A stretch of DNA of 64,000 nt from Bacteriovoracaceae bacterium (GCA_041586955.1 JBFGZE010000003.1:1-64000), one strand, 5' to 3'. Positions 19,290-30,294 are shown, counted from the first letter of the stretch. Numbers and translations: made by a program. The notes: generated by a model not told the origin, from the sequence alone.

Positions 19290-20076
19290 AAATAGCGAGT
19301 AGTTTGGCCACGACTTTAGGAATACGCTCTAAAGGAAGTGACGTCGTGGGATCAGAGAGGGCCTTATCAGGGTTGGGATGACATTCCATAAAAACACCAT
19401 CTGCCCCCGCAGCGATGGCCGCTTTAGCGAGGACTTCAATTTGTTCTCTTTTGCCACCAGTTGATTTACCAAGACCACCCGGCCGTTGCACACAATGAGT
19501 CGCATCATGTACCGTTTTAACACCAAAACTTTTCATAATTTGAAAAGAGGCCATATCAACCACAAGATTATTATAACCAAAAGAGGTGCCTCTTTCGGTC
19601 AAAAGAATAGAATCTAGGTCTAGAAAATTACGGGCCTTATCAACTATATTTTTAGTTTCTTCAGGGGAAAGAAATTGTCCTTTTTTGATTTTTAGACGAC
19701 TGTTAAATTCCTTACAGGCCTCTGCTCCGGCAATAATCATATCTGTTTGCCGACATAGAAAGGCCGGAACCTGTAACGTATCAACCACCGCCGCGACCGT
19801 CTTGGCCTGCTCTGGTTTATGATAATCAGTAATGACGGGAAGTCCATATTGAGATTTGACCATTTCCAAAAGTTTAAGTCCTTCATCAATACCAGGTCCA
19901 CGATAACTATCAATAGATGAACGATTGGCCTTGTCAAAGCTTCCCTTGAAGGTTAATTGAATTTTTTTATCAAAGGTTTTTAAGCTCTCCAATAAAGATT
20001 CAACTATTTCTTTAACGAGGGCCTCACTCTCTAAAACACAAGGTCCAATAAATAATTCTAAAGGTCGGTTTGGCAT
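19267..20076 (-). CDS. kdsA: KDO 8-phosphate synthase
   Basis: GPCVLES, KGSFDKANRSS, PAFLCRQTD, ERGTSFGYNNL, DATH. Confidence 0.96.
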   Translation of the reverse strand: MPNRPLELFIGPCVLESEALVKEIVESLLESLKTFDKKIQLTFKGSFDKANRSSIDSYRGPGIDEGLKLLEMVKSQYGLPVITDYHKPEQAKTVAAVVDTLQVPAFLCRQTDMIIAGAEACKEFNSRLKIKKGQFLSPEETKNIVDKARNFLDLDSILLTERGTSFGYNNLVVDMASFQIMKSFGVKTVHDATHCVQRPGGLGKSTGGKREQIEVLAKAAIAAGADGVFMECHPNPDKALSDPTTSLPLERIPKVVAKLLAIYEVVTGE

Positions 20077-20079
20077 TCA

Positions 20080-21702
20080 CTATCCTCTTTTAATTTTTCC
20101 CGCTTCCTCTAAAAAACGCTTAAATAAGGGGTGCGGAGAAAAAGGTTTCGATTTAAACTCAGGATGGTATTGGCAAGCAATGAAATAAGGATGATCACTT
20201 AATTCGATAACCTCCACTAATTGTAATTTAGGATTGGTCCCCGAAATAATCATTCCCTTATCCTTTAACTGCTTCACAAATTCATTATTCACCTCTAAGC
20301 GGTGACGGTGTCGTTCATGAATCAAATCGGATTGATAAATTTGATAGGCCAATGTCCCTTTTTCCAGCTGACAATCATAGGCGCCTAAGCGCATGGAACC
20401 ACCTTTTTTGCCTTCTTCAGATTGGCCTTCCATAAAATGAACGACTAGGCTACCATCAGTACCAAACTCTTCGCTGGAAGCATCTTTAACCCCTGCGATA
20501 TGGCGGGCAAACTCAATCATCGCCAATTGCATGCCAAGACAAATACCAAAAAATGGGACTTTATTTTCGCGAGCATATTGAATGGCCTTAATTTTCCCCT
20601 CTGTTCCTCTTTGACCAAAGCCTCCAGGAACGAGAATACCATTAACTTGAGACAAGATGGCCTCTGCCTTTGTTTCATCTTCTAAGTCTTCAGCATCAAT
20701 ATAAACGGGAACCAGTTTAAAGCGATTGGCAACCGCTCCATGCCTGAGCGCTTCATCTAAGGATTTATATGATTCAATGAGCTCAGTATATTTACCAACA
20801 ATACCAATTTTCACATCCTGTAGAGGATTATCGATATTATAAACAACCGTTTCCAATTCTTTGATATCGGGAGTTGTCGTCCACATTCCCAATAATTCCG
20901 TGATTTTCTCATCCAGCCCTTGACGGTTAAAGCTCATAGGCACTTTATAAATGGAGTCGAGATCAATCGAACTAAAGACATGGTCTTTAGGAACATTACA
21001 AAACAGGCTCAATTTTTCAAAAATTGATTGGTCAATTTCAGTTTCTGAGCGACAGATAATGATATGGGGAAATAAACCGATCTCGCGCAATTCTCTGACT
21101 GAATGCTGGGCCGGTTTCGTTTTTAATTCGCCGGCCGCAGTGATATAGGGCAAAAGAACTAAATGGATGAAAAGAACATTTTCAGGACCCACATCTTGAG
21201 CAAATTGACGGATCGACTCTAGAAAAGGCAAGGACTCAATATCTCCGACTGTTCCACCGATTTCACCAATTAATAATTCGGCATCCTCACTTGCGACATG
21301 AATTCGCCTTTTAATTTCATTCGTCACGTGCGGGACAACTTGAACTGTTTTCCCTAAATACTTCCCTTCCCTCTCATTTTCAATCACCTGGAGGTAAACT
21401 TGCCCTGTGGTGAAATTAGATGAGCGACTTAGAGTGAGCGAGGTGAACCTTTCGTAATGGCCGAGATCTAAATCCGTTTCAGCACCATCATCTGTGACAA
21501 AAACCTCTCCATGCTGAGTAGGACTCATTGTTCCTGGATCAACATTGATATAAGGGTCCATTTTTAAAAGATTAACTTTAATGCCACGGCGCTCTAGCAG
21601 GCAGGCCAAGCTGGCAGCAGCAAGTCCTTTCCCAAGAGAACTGGCCACTCCACCAGTGATAAAAATGTATTTCTTATTTGCCTTTGGCCTTTGATAGGTC
21701 AC
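20080..21702 (-). CDS. pyrG: CTP synthase
   Basis: TGGVASSLGKG, DPYINVDPGTMSP, GICLGMQ, QYHPEF. Confidence 0.98.
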   Translation of the reverse strand: MTYQRPKANKKYIFITGGVASSLGKGLAAASLACLLERRGIKVNLLKMDPYINVDPGTMSPTQHGEVFVTDDGAETDLDLGHYERFTSLTLSRSSNFTTGQVYLQVIENEREGKYLGKTVQVVPHVTNEIKRRIHVASEDAELLIGEIGGTVGDIESLPFLESIRQFAQDVGPENVLFIHLVLLPYITAAGELKTKPAQHSVRELREIGLFPHIIICRSETEIDQSIFEKLSLFCNVPKDHVFSSIDLDSIYKVPMSFNRQGLDEKITELLGMWTTTPDIKELETVVYNIDNPLQDVKIGIVGKYTELIESYKSLDEALRHGAVANRFKLVPVYIDAEDLEDETKAEAILSQVNGILVPGGFGQRGTEGKIKAIQYARENKVPFFGICLGMQLAMIEFARHIAGVKDASSEEFGTDGSLVVHFMEGQSEEGKKGGSMRLGAYDCQLEKGTLAYQIYQSDLIHERHRHRLEVNNEFVKQLKDKGMIISGTNPKLQLVEVIELSDHPYFIACQYHPEFKSKPFSPHPLFKRFLEEAGKIKRG

Positions 21703-22465
21703 TTAATGCTCCTTCTACTTTTTTAATATCTTCAGGAGTATCAACCCCAATTAATTCGTCTTCAATAGTAATCGCGCCAATTTTCATTCCCAAATCTAGC
21801 GCCCTTAATTGCTCCAACTTCTCTTGCTCTTCCAAAAAACTGGCCGGAGCATTTTTAAACTTTTCAAGAGATTCTGGAGAATAAAGATAGACTCCAATAT
21901 GGTGGAACCAGGGCCGAGTCTTCTCCTCGGGATTTCGAACATGAGGAATAGAGGAGCGCGAAAAATAATGACATTGGCCAGAGTTGGAGCTAAAGGCGAC
22001 TTTAACTTGATTGGGGTCGAGAAAACCCTCTTCATCAATTCTTGGCCGCACCATAGTAGCAATATCACAATTATGACTCGACGCATATTCATCCAGCGCT
22101 TGTAACAAGCGCCCTGATAATAAGGGCTCATCCCCTTGAACATTAATAATTGAATCAATATTCTGATGAGAAAAATAACGATTAAAGGCCAAGGCGATTC
22201 GCTCAGTCCCTGAGATGACATCATCATCGACACGCAAAACTTGACCACCAAAGGCAGTCACTTCATCTTCGATGCGCTGATCATCAGTAACAACATAAAC
22301 CTGAATTTCTGGGGTAGTGGGGCCTTGGAAATTCCAATTTTCCCTACATTGCTGATAGACCCATTCAATCATCGTTTTACCCAGAATTTTTGCCAATGGC
22401 TTTCCGGGAAATCGACTGGACTGATAACGGGCCGGAATAAGGATAAGCACTTGCCGCTTCGTCAC
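21674..22465 (-). CDS. kdsB: CMP-KDO synthetase
   Basis: IPARYQSSRFPGKPL, NVQGDEP, EKLEQLRAL, GVDTPED. Confidence 0.96.
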   Translation of the reverse strand: MTKRQVLILIPARYQSSRFPGKPLAKILGKTMIEWVYQQCRENWNFQGPTTPEIQVYVVTDDQRIEDEVTAFGGQVLRVDDDVISGTERIALAFNRYFSHQNIDSIINVQGDEPLLSGRLLQALDEYASSHNCDIATMVRPRIDEEGFLDPNQVKVAFSSNSGQCHYFSRSSIPHVRNPEEKTRPWFHHIGVYLYSPESLEKFKNAPASFLEEQEKLEQLRALDLGMKIGAITIEDELIGVDTPEDIKKVEGALSDLSKAKGK

Positions 22466-22544
22466 CCGACCTCCAAAAGAACTTGATTAGCCAATGTATC
22501 AAATTTCCGATCTAGTGGCAAAAGTATGGTAAACTTTATTTCAT

Positions 22545-22880
22545 ATGGCCTATTTATTATTCTTACTCACAGCATTATCTTTACACGCCAATGAAGTGGA
22601 TTACCGCCGCTCAGTCATCACCGACCCCAGTATCAGCCGCCGCTGTGAAAAACTACTGCAAAAGCGCAAGAGAAAGTTAAACCATAAACAAAAACTACAA
22701 GGTCTCATCCGCCGCAACGAGAACCTACAAAAATCGGCGCCCCGCGAGCGTCAAACTCTCATCAAAAAATTAGAAAAAAATCTAGGTCAATTAAAGCAAG
22801 AATTAAAAATCACTCTGCTTGAAATTGAAAATCAAGAAGAAAATATTATTCGAAAAGGCTGCCCAGGGGTCACTCTTTAG
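22545..22880 (+). CDS. Exported coiled-coil hypothetical protein
   Basis: Short signal peptide; helical hairpin with two Cys. Confidence 0.7.
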   Translation: MAYLLFLLTALSLHANEVDYRRSVITDPSISRRCEKLLQKRKRKLNHKQKLQGLIRRNENLQKSAPRERQTLIKKLEKNLGQLKQELKITLLEIENQEENIIRKGCPGVTL

Positions 22881-22936
22881 CTTCACACCCTGTTTTCTAT
22901 CCTTTATCATTATTAAAAAACAGAACAAGGTAGTTT

Positions 22937-24409
22937 ATGGAAAAACTCCGAGGATATGGGATGGCCGTAATTTTGGCCACCTTCATGACGATCAACGCTC
23001 AAGATACACAAGCCCCTTTTGATGAGAAGGAGGAATCAGCTCAAAAGTCCAGCTATGTGCAAAAGTATGAGCATCTAGAAGAAAATCTCACAACTCTCCC
23101 TCTTTCGCTTAAAGGTGCGATTGAACAAAGTTTTCGTAAAAACTTTGGCGAGCGTGATCGAGTTTATCAAAAAGAGTTATTAGAACTTAACTATGATGAT
23201 GCCAAAGATAAATTCTGGTTTCCTGAAGTCAACCTCACACTCAGTACTGAACCACAAAAAATAGGTCGCTTAAGGAAAGGAAATAAAGATGGTAGTGCTA
23301 GCAAATATGCCAACGGTGCTTTTGCTTTAGACCTTGGAGAATTTACTCTTTTTAATTGGGGTAAGGATTATCTTAGCTACCTAAACGCTAAGAACTCATT
23401 TTTACGTGGCGTCGATCAATTAAGCGAGGCCCAAAGAGCTCTTCGCCATCAAATCATTCTTAAATATTTTGAACTAGAACAATGGCAAAGTATTGTCAAA
23501 AGTCACAAAGAACAATTGAGACACGCCTCTTTCACGTATCGATACACACGTGAAAAAGTCTCTCTTAAAAAGGTATCTAAACAAGATTATTATCAAGCGC
23601 GAAGTGAATTCCTGAAGGCCCAAAGTGAATACCACCTGGCCAAAAATAACTTTCAAGTAGTCCAAGATAGTATGGCCACCCTGATTGGCGATGAAGGCGG
23701 TATCCGCTATATCTTAAGAGACCAACTCACTTTTAAAAAATTAGAAATGAAAAGAGATACGGCCTTAGAGATGGCAAGAAAGCGCAATCCCCAAATTCTT
23801 GACGCCAAAGTTAATCTTAAAAATGCCCAGCGGGAATACGAAATTCAAGTTCGAGAAAATATGCCCTTGCCCAAAGTCACTATGGACTTGGGAGCTTATA
23901 CTCAAAGCTTTGGTTCCAACAATAACCGCTTCAATTATCAAACTCAAAATGGCGGCAGTAATCTTGATATCGTTGCCACGATCAATGCCTCCTGGACACT
24001 TTACGGCCCAGGTGGTTTTTTTAACCGAAGACGGACACGGGAAAAAACGATAGAAAAGTACCGCCAATTTAATCAATTAACAAAGGCGAAACTCGAATCC
24101 AAAAATAGTACCCTCACGGGTATTCACAAAATTAAATACCTGGAAAATCAAATTTCCATTCTAGAAGCAAGAAATGGCACTCTTCAAAGAAATTTCGATA
24201 CAGTGCTTGAAAATTACCTTAATCGCAAAACGACTTTTGTCGATTATCATCATGCCCTTAATGAAATGATTAACAATGAAATTTTATTAAGCAAAAATAA
24301 GTATTGGCACCTTTACGAAAAAATCTCTTTAGCGCAAACCCTTGGGCTGGATGATTTCCCCAGCGATAATTTTGAAAATCTTGGTCAATTAAATGGGAGA
24401 GCGCAATGA
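22937..24409 (+). CDS. TolC family outer-membrane channel
   Basis: Signal peptide, LSLKGAIEQS, duplicated P-x-V-x-L beta plus long helical repeats. Confidence 0.75.
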   Translation: MEKLRGYGMAVILATFMTINAQDTQAPFDEKEESAQKSSYVQKYEHLEENLTTLPLSLKGAIEQSFRKNFGERDRVYQKELLELNYDDAKDKFWFPEVNLTLSTEPQKIGRLRKGNKDGSASKYANGAFALDLGEFTLFNWGKDYLSYLNAKNSFLRGVDQLSEAQRALRHQIILKYFELEQWQSIVKSHKEQLRHASFTYRYTREKVSLKKVSKQDYYQARSEFLKAQSEYHLAKNNFQVVQDSMATLIGDEGGIRYILRDQLTFKKLEMKRDTALEMARKRNPQILDAKVNLKNAQREYEIQVRENMPLPKVTMDLGAYTQSFGSNNNRFNYQTQNGGSNLDIVATINASWTLYGPGGFFNRRRTREKTIEKYRQFNQLTKAKLESKNSTLTGIHKIKYLENQISILEARNGTLQRNFDTVLENYLNRKTTFVDYHHALNEMINNEILLSKNKYWHLYEKISLAQTLGLDDFPSDNFENLGQLNGRAQ

Positions 24410-25137
24410 AATATTTAATCTTATTCCTACTCATTCTTCCGAGCACCATTTCTGCGCAACGAGCCTCGATTAATGAGCGCCCCATCGAACTGACAGAAAA
24501 AGATGTCGATGCCATTGAGCAGGAAATTAATAATATCAATTTAGATGAGTTTAATACTAGCACCGGCGTAGTTAAAAATGGTCGCACGACAGCTAATGAC
24601 CAAAACTTGCTAGGCCTTAGAGGTTTTATGCGACCACTCCTCACAGATCTTACGGCGCAAATGGGCTATGAAGTTAGCTATGCCCATCTTGTGAGAGATA
24701 TGTGGATTGAGGCCTTTGCTAATATTATCAACGCTAAATTCCGCACAATAGGAGACCCTTCACAACTAACCGGCGACAGAGAAGAAATCAATGAGACATC
24801 TGAATCGATTAATAGCTTCGGCCTAGGTTTTGGTTACCGTAGTCATTATATTCAAGGCCTACTTGACAATAAACGCCTGGGAGAATTGATTTCGGCCTAT
24901 TTAACTTATTATTCAATGTCCGAAGCCTATACGCAAACGAGCTATTCTGGCGTCGGCATACGAACTGACTTTGGTATCTTTCACCGATCATCAGAAAGTA
25001 CTCAATTGGCGATGCGCTTAAGCTATAATCTCGCTCCCCTGACCCATGCGCCAGAGTTCGAAGGGCAAACCCATAATGAACGCAGCTTAACTTTAAGCTG
25101 GGTTAGTTTAGGAGTTGATCTCAGCTTCTACTTTTAA
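24406..25137 (+). CDS. Small outer-membrane beta-barrel protein
   Basis: Signal peptide, amphipathic strands, C-terminal LSFYF; ATGA overlap with TolC gene. Confidence 0.65.
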   Translation: MKYLILFLLILPSTISAQRASINERPIELTEKDVDAIEQEINNINLDEFNTSTGVVKNGRTTANDQNLLGLRGFMRPLLTDLTAQMGYEVSYAHLVRDMWIEAFANIINAKFRTIGDPSQLTGDREEINETSESINSFGLGFGYRSHYIQGLLDNKRLGELISAYLTYYSMSEAYTQTSYSGVGIRTDFGIFHRSSESTQLAMRLSYNLAPLTHAPEFEGQTHNERSLTLSWVSLGVDLSFYF

Positions 25138-25175
25138 TAAATAAAGATAAACCCTGAATTCAAAGAGGCCAAACT

Positions 25176-26498
25176 ATGATCTCCCGCTATGATATCCCCG
25201 AAATGTCCCAATTGTGGACAGAAGAAGCGAAATTTCACACCTTTCTCCAAGTTGAACTTGCCCTTTTAAAGGCCCTCGAGCATTTTAACCGCATTCCTGT
25301 GGGAACCCATGCCGCCTTTTCCAAGGTAAAAATCAATAAAGAGCGTATTTATGAATTGGAAAGGACCACCAAGCATGATGTTCTGGCATTTTGCTCCTCG
25401 ATTACAGAGCAAGTCTCACCAGAGTTCTCTCGTTATTTTCATTATGGTGTGACCAGTAGTGATATTATCGATACTGCTCTCAGTCTACAAATTAAACGCT
25501 CTATGGAGCTCATTCTGCCCCAACTGGCCAAGACTCTGTCCCAAATTAAAGAGAAGGCGATCGAACATCAAGAAACCCTCGCAATGGGGCGCTCTCATGG
25601 AATGAATGCCGAGCCCATGAGTTTTGGTCAAAAGTTTTTGGGTATTTATGGCGAATTAGCACGTCGCTACCAAGACTTATTTAACTTTTATCAAAATGAA
25701 CTAACAGCGCAATTCTCTGGTGCCGTAGGAAATTACACCATCCTCACTCCAGAAATTGAGGAGTACGCAGCGACACTCTTAGGCCTTCAAGTCGAACCAC
25801 TTTCCACACAAGTAATCCCACGTGACCGTCTTGCCAAATTAATCGGCTATCATGCCCTACTAGCGAGTGGTATAGAGCGCTTTGCCGTGGAAATACGCCA
25901 TTTACACCACTCAGATATTGGAGAAATACACGAAGGTTTTACAAAAGGCCAAAAGGGCTCCTCCACTATGCCTCATAAGAAAAATCCCATCTCTGGAGAA
26001 AACTTATCCGGCCTAGTGCGTGTCCTGCGCTCCCACCAAAGCATTGCTTTGGAAAATATTGTCCTATGGCACGAAAGAGATATAAGCCACTCCTCCGCCG
26101 AAAGAATGTATCTACCAGACAATTTTGGTCTGACACTTTATACTCTCAAGCGCTTGGGAAATACGATCCAAGACCTTGTTGTCCACAAAGAAATTATCGA
26201 AAATAAGGCCTATGCTTATCCACAGGCCCTTTCAAGCTTTTACCTTCATCACTTGATTGACCATACGAGTCTGACAAGAGAGGAGTTATATCCTATTGTT
26301 CAACATGCTAGCTTTTCCGCCGATAAGAATCTAGGAGCGAAAGGGCTTGCAGAAGAAATACAAACTCAATTAGGCAAAATTGATCTAATGGTCGAACTTC
26401 CCACTCCGACGGATAATGAAATTAAATCCATTTTTTTAAAACAGATCGGCAAGGTATTTAACCGATCATTGGACCAATACAACATAGAGCCTTTATGA
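25176..26498 (+). CDS. purB: Adenylosuccinate lyase
   Basis: MISRY, HYGVTSSD, GRSHG, GSSTMPHKKNP, WHERDISHSS. Confidence 0.97.
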   Translation: MISRYDIPEMSQLWTEEAKFHTFLQVELALLKALEHFNRIPVGTHAAFSKVKINKERIYELERTTKHDVLAFCSSITEQVSPEFSRYFHYGVTSSDIIDTALSLQIKRSMELILPQLAKTLSQIKEKAIEHQETLAMGRSHGMNAEPMSFGQKFLGIYGELARRYQDLFNFYQNELTAQFSGAVGNYTILTPEIEEYAATLLGLQVEPLSTQVIPRDRLAKLIGYHALLASGIERFAVEIRHLHHSDIGEIHEGFTKGQKGSSTMPHKKNPISGENLSGLVRVLRSHQSIALENIVLWHERDISHSSAERMYLPDNFGLTLYTLKRLGNTIQDLVVHKEIIENKAYAYPQALSSFYLHHLIDHTSLTREELYPIVQHASFSADKNLGAKGLAEEIQTQLGKIDLMVELPTPTDNEIKSIFLKQIGKVFNRSLDQYNIEPL

Positions 26499-27181
26499 AA
26501 TTTGTAAAAACCCTATTTTTCGCCGCATCTTGTATCACTCAGCTGTACGCCCTTGACCCCATCAAGGAATTTACCTGGGAAGTTATTCATGAAAAAGGCG
26601 ATACTAAGGTTTATAAGTCTAAAAATAAATTACCTGGTAGTGACATCATCCCTATACGCGCTCATTCAATTTTTAATGCCCCCGTTAAAAAGGTACTCAC
26701 TCTGCTCCAGGATACTAAGGGTCGGCTTAATTGGGTCCCACGCTTAAAAGAGGCCAGAACAATTAAAAAATTGAGCCCCTATCATCATATTGAATATTCC
26801 CGCTATACAGCACCATGGCCTTTTTATGACCGTTCATTCGTCATTCGTAATAAAGGTCATTTTGATGACGAAGGTAGTTATTACGCCCGTATGGAATCAA
26901 CAGAAATCAAAGGTCTCAAAGAGGGTAAGCGCCTTGTTCGTGGGAAAAGTCATTTTGGTATCGTTATTATCAAACCACTCGATGGTGGTAAAAAAAGTTA
27001 TTTAGAAATGGCCTTTCTAACTGATTTCAAAGGCAATATTCCCGATTGGGTTATCAATATCATCCAGCACCGCTGGCCCCTAGATTCTTTTGCCCGCATA
27101 AGAAAGGAACTCAAAAAGGACTTCCCAACAGAGCCCCGTTGGGATTTTGATAATTACCTGAAAAACGTTGTCAATAAATGA
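26495..27181 (+). CDS. Exported START-domain lipid-binding protein
   Basis: Signal peptide; APWPFYDRSF and DFKGNIPDWVIN motifs. Confidence 0.8.
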   Translation: MKFVKTLFFAASCITQLYALDPIKEFTWEVIHEKGDTKVYKSKNKLPGSDIIPIRAHSIFNAPVKKVLTLLQDTKGRLNWVPRLKEARTIKKLSPYHHIEYSRYTAPWPFYDRSFVIRNKGHFDDEGSYYARMESTEIKGLKEGKRLVRGKSHFGIVIIKPLDGGKKSYLEMAFLTDFKGNIPDWVINIIQHRWPLDSFARIRKELKKDFPTEPRWDFDNYLKNVVNK

Positions 27182-27214
27182 AGTGCCACTGTTAAAGTTC
27201 AGAATAAAATAATG

Positions 27215-27245
27215 GATAGACCTCGCCCTTGAGTCAAGGTCTATC
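27215..27245. terminator. Hairpin between convergent genes
   Basis: GATAGACCT...AGGTCTATC inverted repeat. Confidence 0.5.
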
Positions 27246-27261
27246 AAGTTTTAAACTATTT

Positions 27262-28344
27262 TTATAACAATTCTTTTCCTCGTGGATCCTTTTTTAAAGC
27301 ACTCACAATATTTTTCACTTTTTGAGATTGATCTTTGGGGAGAACCATTACCACATCATCGTTAGAGACAACAATCAAGTCATTGACTCCAATTAGAGAA
27401 ACAAATTTATCGGGAGCATAAATAATATTTCCCTTCGCTTCTTCAAAATAGGTGTCATTACATTGGACTAGAATATTATCATCCTTCTTATCAATTACCG
27501 CCTCAAGAGCATCCCAGCTCCCCAAATCATTCCAATCAAATTCAGCAGCAATAACATAAACACGAGATGATTTTTCCATCACAGCGTAATCGATCGAGTC
27601 ACTAGGAATGGCACGATAAATTTCACTGACTTTATTAAAATCTTGGTAATGATCGCGTAAACCCGCATAAGACTTATAGGTTTCAGCAGAGTGAGCGGCA
27701 AACTCCTCTAAGAGAACTTTAATCGGCGCCACAAACATACCAGCATTCCAATAATAATCCCCCGTGCCTAAATAAGCTTCTGCGGTCTCTTTATTGGGCT
27801 TTTCTTTAAATTGGACCACTTTATGGCCAGCTCCGGCCGCCTCTCCTCGCTGGATATAACCAAAGCCAGTATGAGGAAATGTCGGGTTAATGCCGATGGT
27901 AACAATCGCCTCTTTCTCCGCTGCTAAAGCATAAGCTTTTTTAAGCGTCGATTGAAATCCTTCCCTATTGAGGATGACATGGTCTGAGGGAACGATGGCA
28001 ACGAGATCATCACCACTACGATCCATCGATTGAAGGGCCGCCATCGCCAATAAAATACATGGAGCAGTATTCCGTCCAGATGGTTCAAAGATAAGCCCGC
28101 CGTCACCGATTAAGCTTTTCGAGCATTCCTTCGCTAGTTTCTCCTGTTCTTTGACCGTGACAATAAAACGATCTTTCGTATCAACCAGGCCATCAAATCT
28201 TTTGAGAGTCTCTGTTAGCAAGGTATCTGGACCTAGTAGGTTAAGGTACTGCTTGGGCCTACGGCTAGTAGACTCTGGCCAAAAACGTGTTCCCTGACCG
28301 CCCGCCATAATAATAGCATGACACTTAGCATTGGATCTATTCAT
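27262..28344 (-). CDS. manC: Mannose-1-phosphate guanylyltransferase
   Basis: MAGGQGTRFWP, PKQYL, EPSGRNTAP, FKEKP, WNAGMF, SIDYAVMEK, WNDLGSW. Confidence 0.93.
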   Translation of the reverse strand: MNRSNAKCHAIIMAGGQGTRFWPESTSRRPKQYLNLLGPDTLLTETLKRFDGLVDTKDRFIVTVKEQEKLAKECSKSLIGDGGLIFEPSGRNTAPCILLAMAALQSMDRSGDDLVAIVPSDHVILNREGFQSTLKKAYALAAEKEAIVTIGINPTFPHTGFGYIQRGEAAGAGHKVVQFKEKPNKETAEAYLGTGDYYWNAGMFVAPIKVLLEEFAAHSAETYKSYAGLRDHYQDFNKVSEIYRAIPSDSIDYAVMEKSSRVYVIAAEFDWNDLGSWDALEAVIDKKDDNILVQCNDTYFEEAKGNIIYAPDKFVSLIGVNDLIVVSNDDVVMVLPKDQSQKVKNIVSALKKDPRGKELL

Positions 28345-28394
28345 GTGAATCTCCTTAAAGAATGTCTGGAGCTACTATACTAGGAAGAGAGAGA

Positions 28395-29099
28395 TCAATC
28401 AAAACGCCCTATGACGTAATCTTGGCCTTGAAATAATGTGCGCTGCTTAATGATATATTCTTTCGCCTCGGTAACTGAATCAAAAACCCCTAGGCTGACT
28501 CGATACCAAGTGCCACGTTTTGGTAAAATAACTTCATTAATAATGGGGTTATAACCCCGAATCTTAAAACCTTCCGCAAATTCCTCAGCTTCCTTGAGGC
28601 CTCGGTGGCTACCCAATTGAATGGTGTATTTGCCACTAAAGCGGTCTTTTTCAGACTGTGGTTTAGCCGCTGTAGGAGTCTCCTCCATCACTGCAGCTGG
28701 TTCATCGACTTCAGGAGTAATGGGTGCTTCAGTTTTTTTTAGCTGATTGGTTTTTGGGGCCTGGTCAATATCCTGCTTTCTAAGCTTCGGATCTTTTTCC
28801 ATTTCTTCCCGCAACCGCTCACCAAGCGCCTGGTGAACAGATTCCATATCCAAGGGTTTCACGCCATCACCCGTCTTCTCATTTTCATGAACGACTTGGT
28901 TAACTTGTTCTTCCTGGCCGGAAAGGAGGTCAACTTTTCTTTGATCACTTTGGGTGATACCTGCCCCTTTTAATGTATTCATACGCCCTATCTTAATGCC
29001 CATTCCAAAAGAAATAACGGCAATAAGGATCATGAATCCAAAAATTAGGATGACTTCATAACGATCAAATACATATAATTTCGAAGATTTTTCACTCAT
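28395..29099 (-). CDS. Membrane-anchored SPOR-domain protein (FtsN-like)
   Basis: N-terminal TM, linker, YTIQLGSH...WYRVSLGVF. Confidence 0.85.
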   Translation of the reverse strand: MSEKSSKLYVFDRYEVILIFGFMILIAVISFGMGIKIGRMNTLKGAGITQSDQRKVDLLSGQEEQVNQVVHENEKTGDGVKPLDMESVHQALGERLREEMEKDPKLRKQDIDQAPKTNQLKKTEAPITPEVDEPAAVMEETPTAAKPQSEKDRFSGKYTIQLGSHRGLKEAEEFAEGFKIRGYNPIINEVILPKRGTWYRVSLGVFDSVTEAKEYIIKQRTLFQGQDYVIGRFD

Positions 29100-29282
29100 A
29101 AAGATATTTTAATCCTCTTTTGCTAAAACCTCTAAGTTCTTTGAAATAGGTCAATTTTTCCTACTATTCTTCTCAAGACCTGCTCTTTTGTTTCTTTTTT
29201 AAAAAATAAGCATTCGCGATGTCCTATTTTCGCCGGCCACTAATCTTTTTATGCCATAAATCACCCAACAAAAGGAGTAAAA

Positions 29283-29450
29283 ATGAAATTGATAAAAAAC
29301 CAAAAAGGTCAAGGAGTACTGGAATACATCATTATTACCAGTCTCATTGGCATTACCTGTTTGATCGCGATGAAACAATTTGGTCAGGTCGTCAAACACC
29401 GCATCGATGGCATGAAATCAAAAATCTCAAAAGAAATAAGAATTAATTAA
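29283..29450 (+). CDS. flp: Flp family type IVb pilin (55 aa, not in ORF track)
   Basis: AAGGAG RBS; MKLIKNQKG|QGVLEYIIITSLIGITC, with G-1/E+5/Y+6 Flp motif. Confidence 0.88.
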   Translation: MKLIKNQKGQGVLEYIIITSLIGITCLIAMKQFGQVVKHRIDGMKSKISKEIRIN

Positions 29451-29735
29451 ATGAATCTCTTAAACCTTATTCTTTTACTGGGTTTTAGTCTGACTTTCTG
29501 GATACAGATCATCATCGTCATGTTTCATGCTCAAGAAAACTTATTGGCCGGTGCAAAAACACAAGAATTAGCGACGAGAATGGCCCATGAAAAGTTTATT
29601 AAATCCCCTCTTTTTAAAATTAAGTCCCATCTATGGCGTGTTCATTATAGAGAGAATCAAATTCAAGGCCGTGCTCTGGCGCCACAGAACACATCCTTCT
29701 ACGTGCAATTGGAAGGTAAACTTGTGGCGCAATGA
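29451..29735 (+). CDS. Small membrane protein, possible minor pilin
   Basis: Abuts flp stop codon; N-terminal hydrophobic helix. Confidence 0.55.
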   Translation: MNLLNLILLLGFSLTFWIQIIIVMFHAQENLLAGAKTQELATRMAHEKFIKSPLFKIKSHLWRVHYRENQIQGRALAPQNTSFYVQLEGKLVAQ

Positions 29736-30294
29736 AAAAGGATGGGCCGACTTATGGGGTATTTTTTTATTATTAATAACGTTAGGCCTGGTGCAATTCT
29801 ATTGCCTCCAAGGTCTCGCTCTCCAAAAGCGACTCAAAAAACGTTTTCAAACCTATCTTTGCTTCAAGCAAAGAGTGCGTCATTTCCAAAACTATTACCA
29901 AAAGATGATTTATTTCGATCGCTCTATCGCTGCACTCTTCGCCGCCAAACAAATATACCCCTTTTTACAACCCGCTTTTGTCGCCACCAAAACATCGCAA
30001 AAGGTTTACCATACTTTTTATCTAACCAAATGGTTCTCTCTCTCACATTGCAAATTCGGGCAAATTCACCCTCCTCCAGCACCCTTTGGCCTCATCAAAA
30101 TCAAAGAAAACCCTTATGGTGCCATGATGGTCAACAACACCAAAGGCTCCTTTTACGTCGGCAAGGTATTAAACCAAGTGAGCAAGAGCTTTATTCTCAC
30201 CGCCCGATGGAAACTATCCAAAAAATGGCAAGGAGATCTCATTATCAAAACCAAGGAAGTCAGCTGGGATCAATGGAATTATCTTGGGCCATGA
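29722..30294 (+). CDS. Pseudopilin-like protein (TadE/TadG-like)
   Basis: TTG start after GAAGG gives MWRNEKG followed by a hydrophobic helix, a prepilin-like leader. Confidence 0.5.
   Translation: MWRNEKGWADLWGIFLLLITLGLVQFYCLQGLALQKRLKKRFQTYLCFKQRVRHFQNYYQKMIYFDRSIAALFAAKQIYPFLQPAFVATKTSQKVYHTFYLTKWFSLSHCKFGQIHPPPAPFGLIKIKENPYGAMMVNNTKGSFYVGKVLNQVSKSFILTARWKLSKKWQGDLIIKTKEVSWDQWNYLGP

Noticed and set aside
29219..29446. 75-aa ORF in the track
   Set aside because: Wrong frame; the Flp pilin at 29283-29450 has the RBS and family motif
29742..30224. 5' part of the 222-aa ORF
   Set aside because: Off-frame composition, overlaps the pseudopilin-like gene; only the last ~61 codons look genuine
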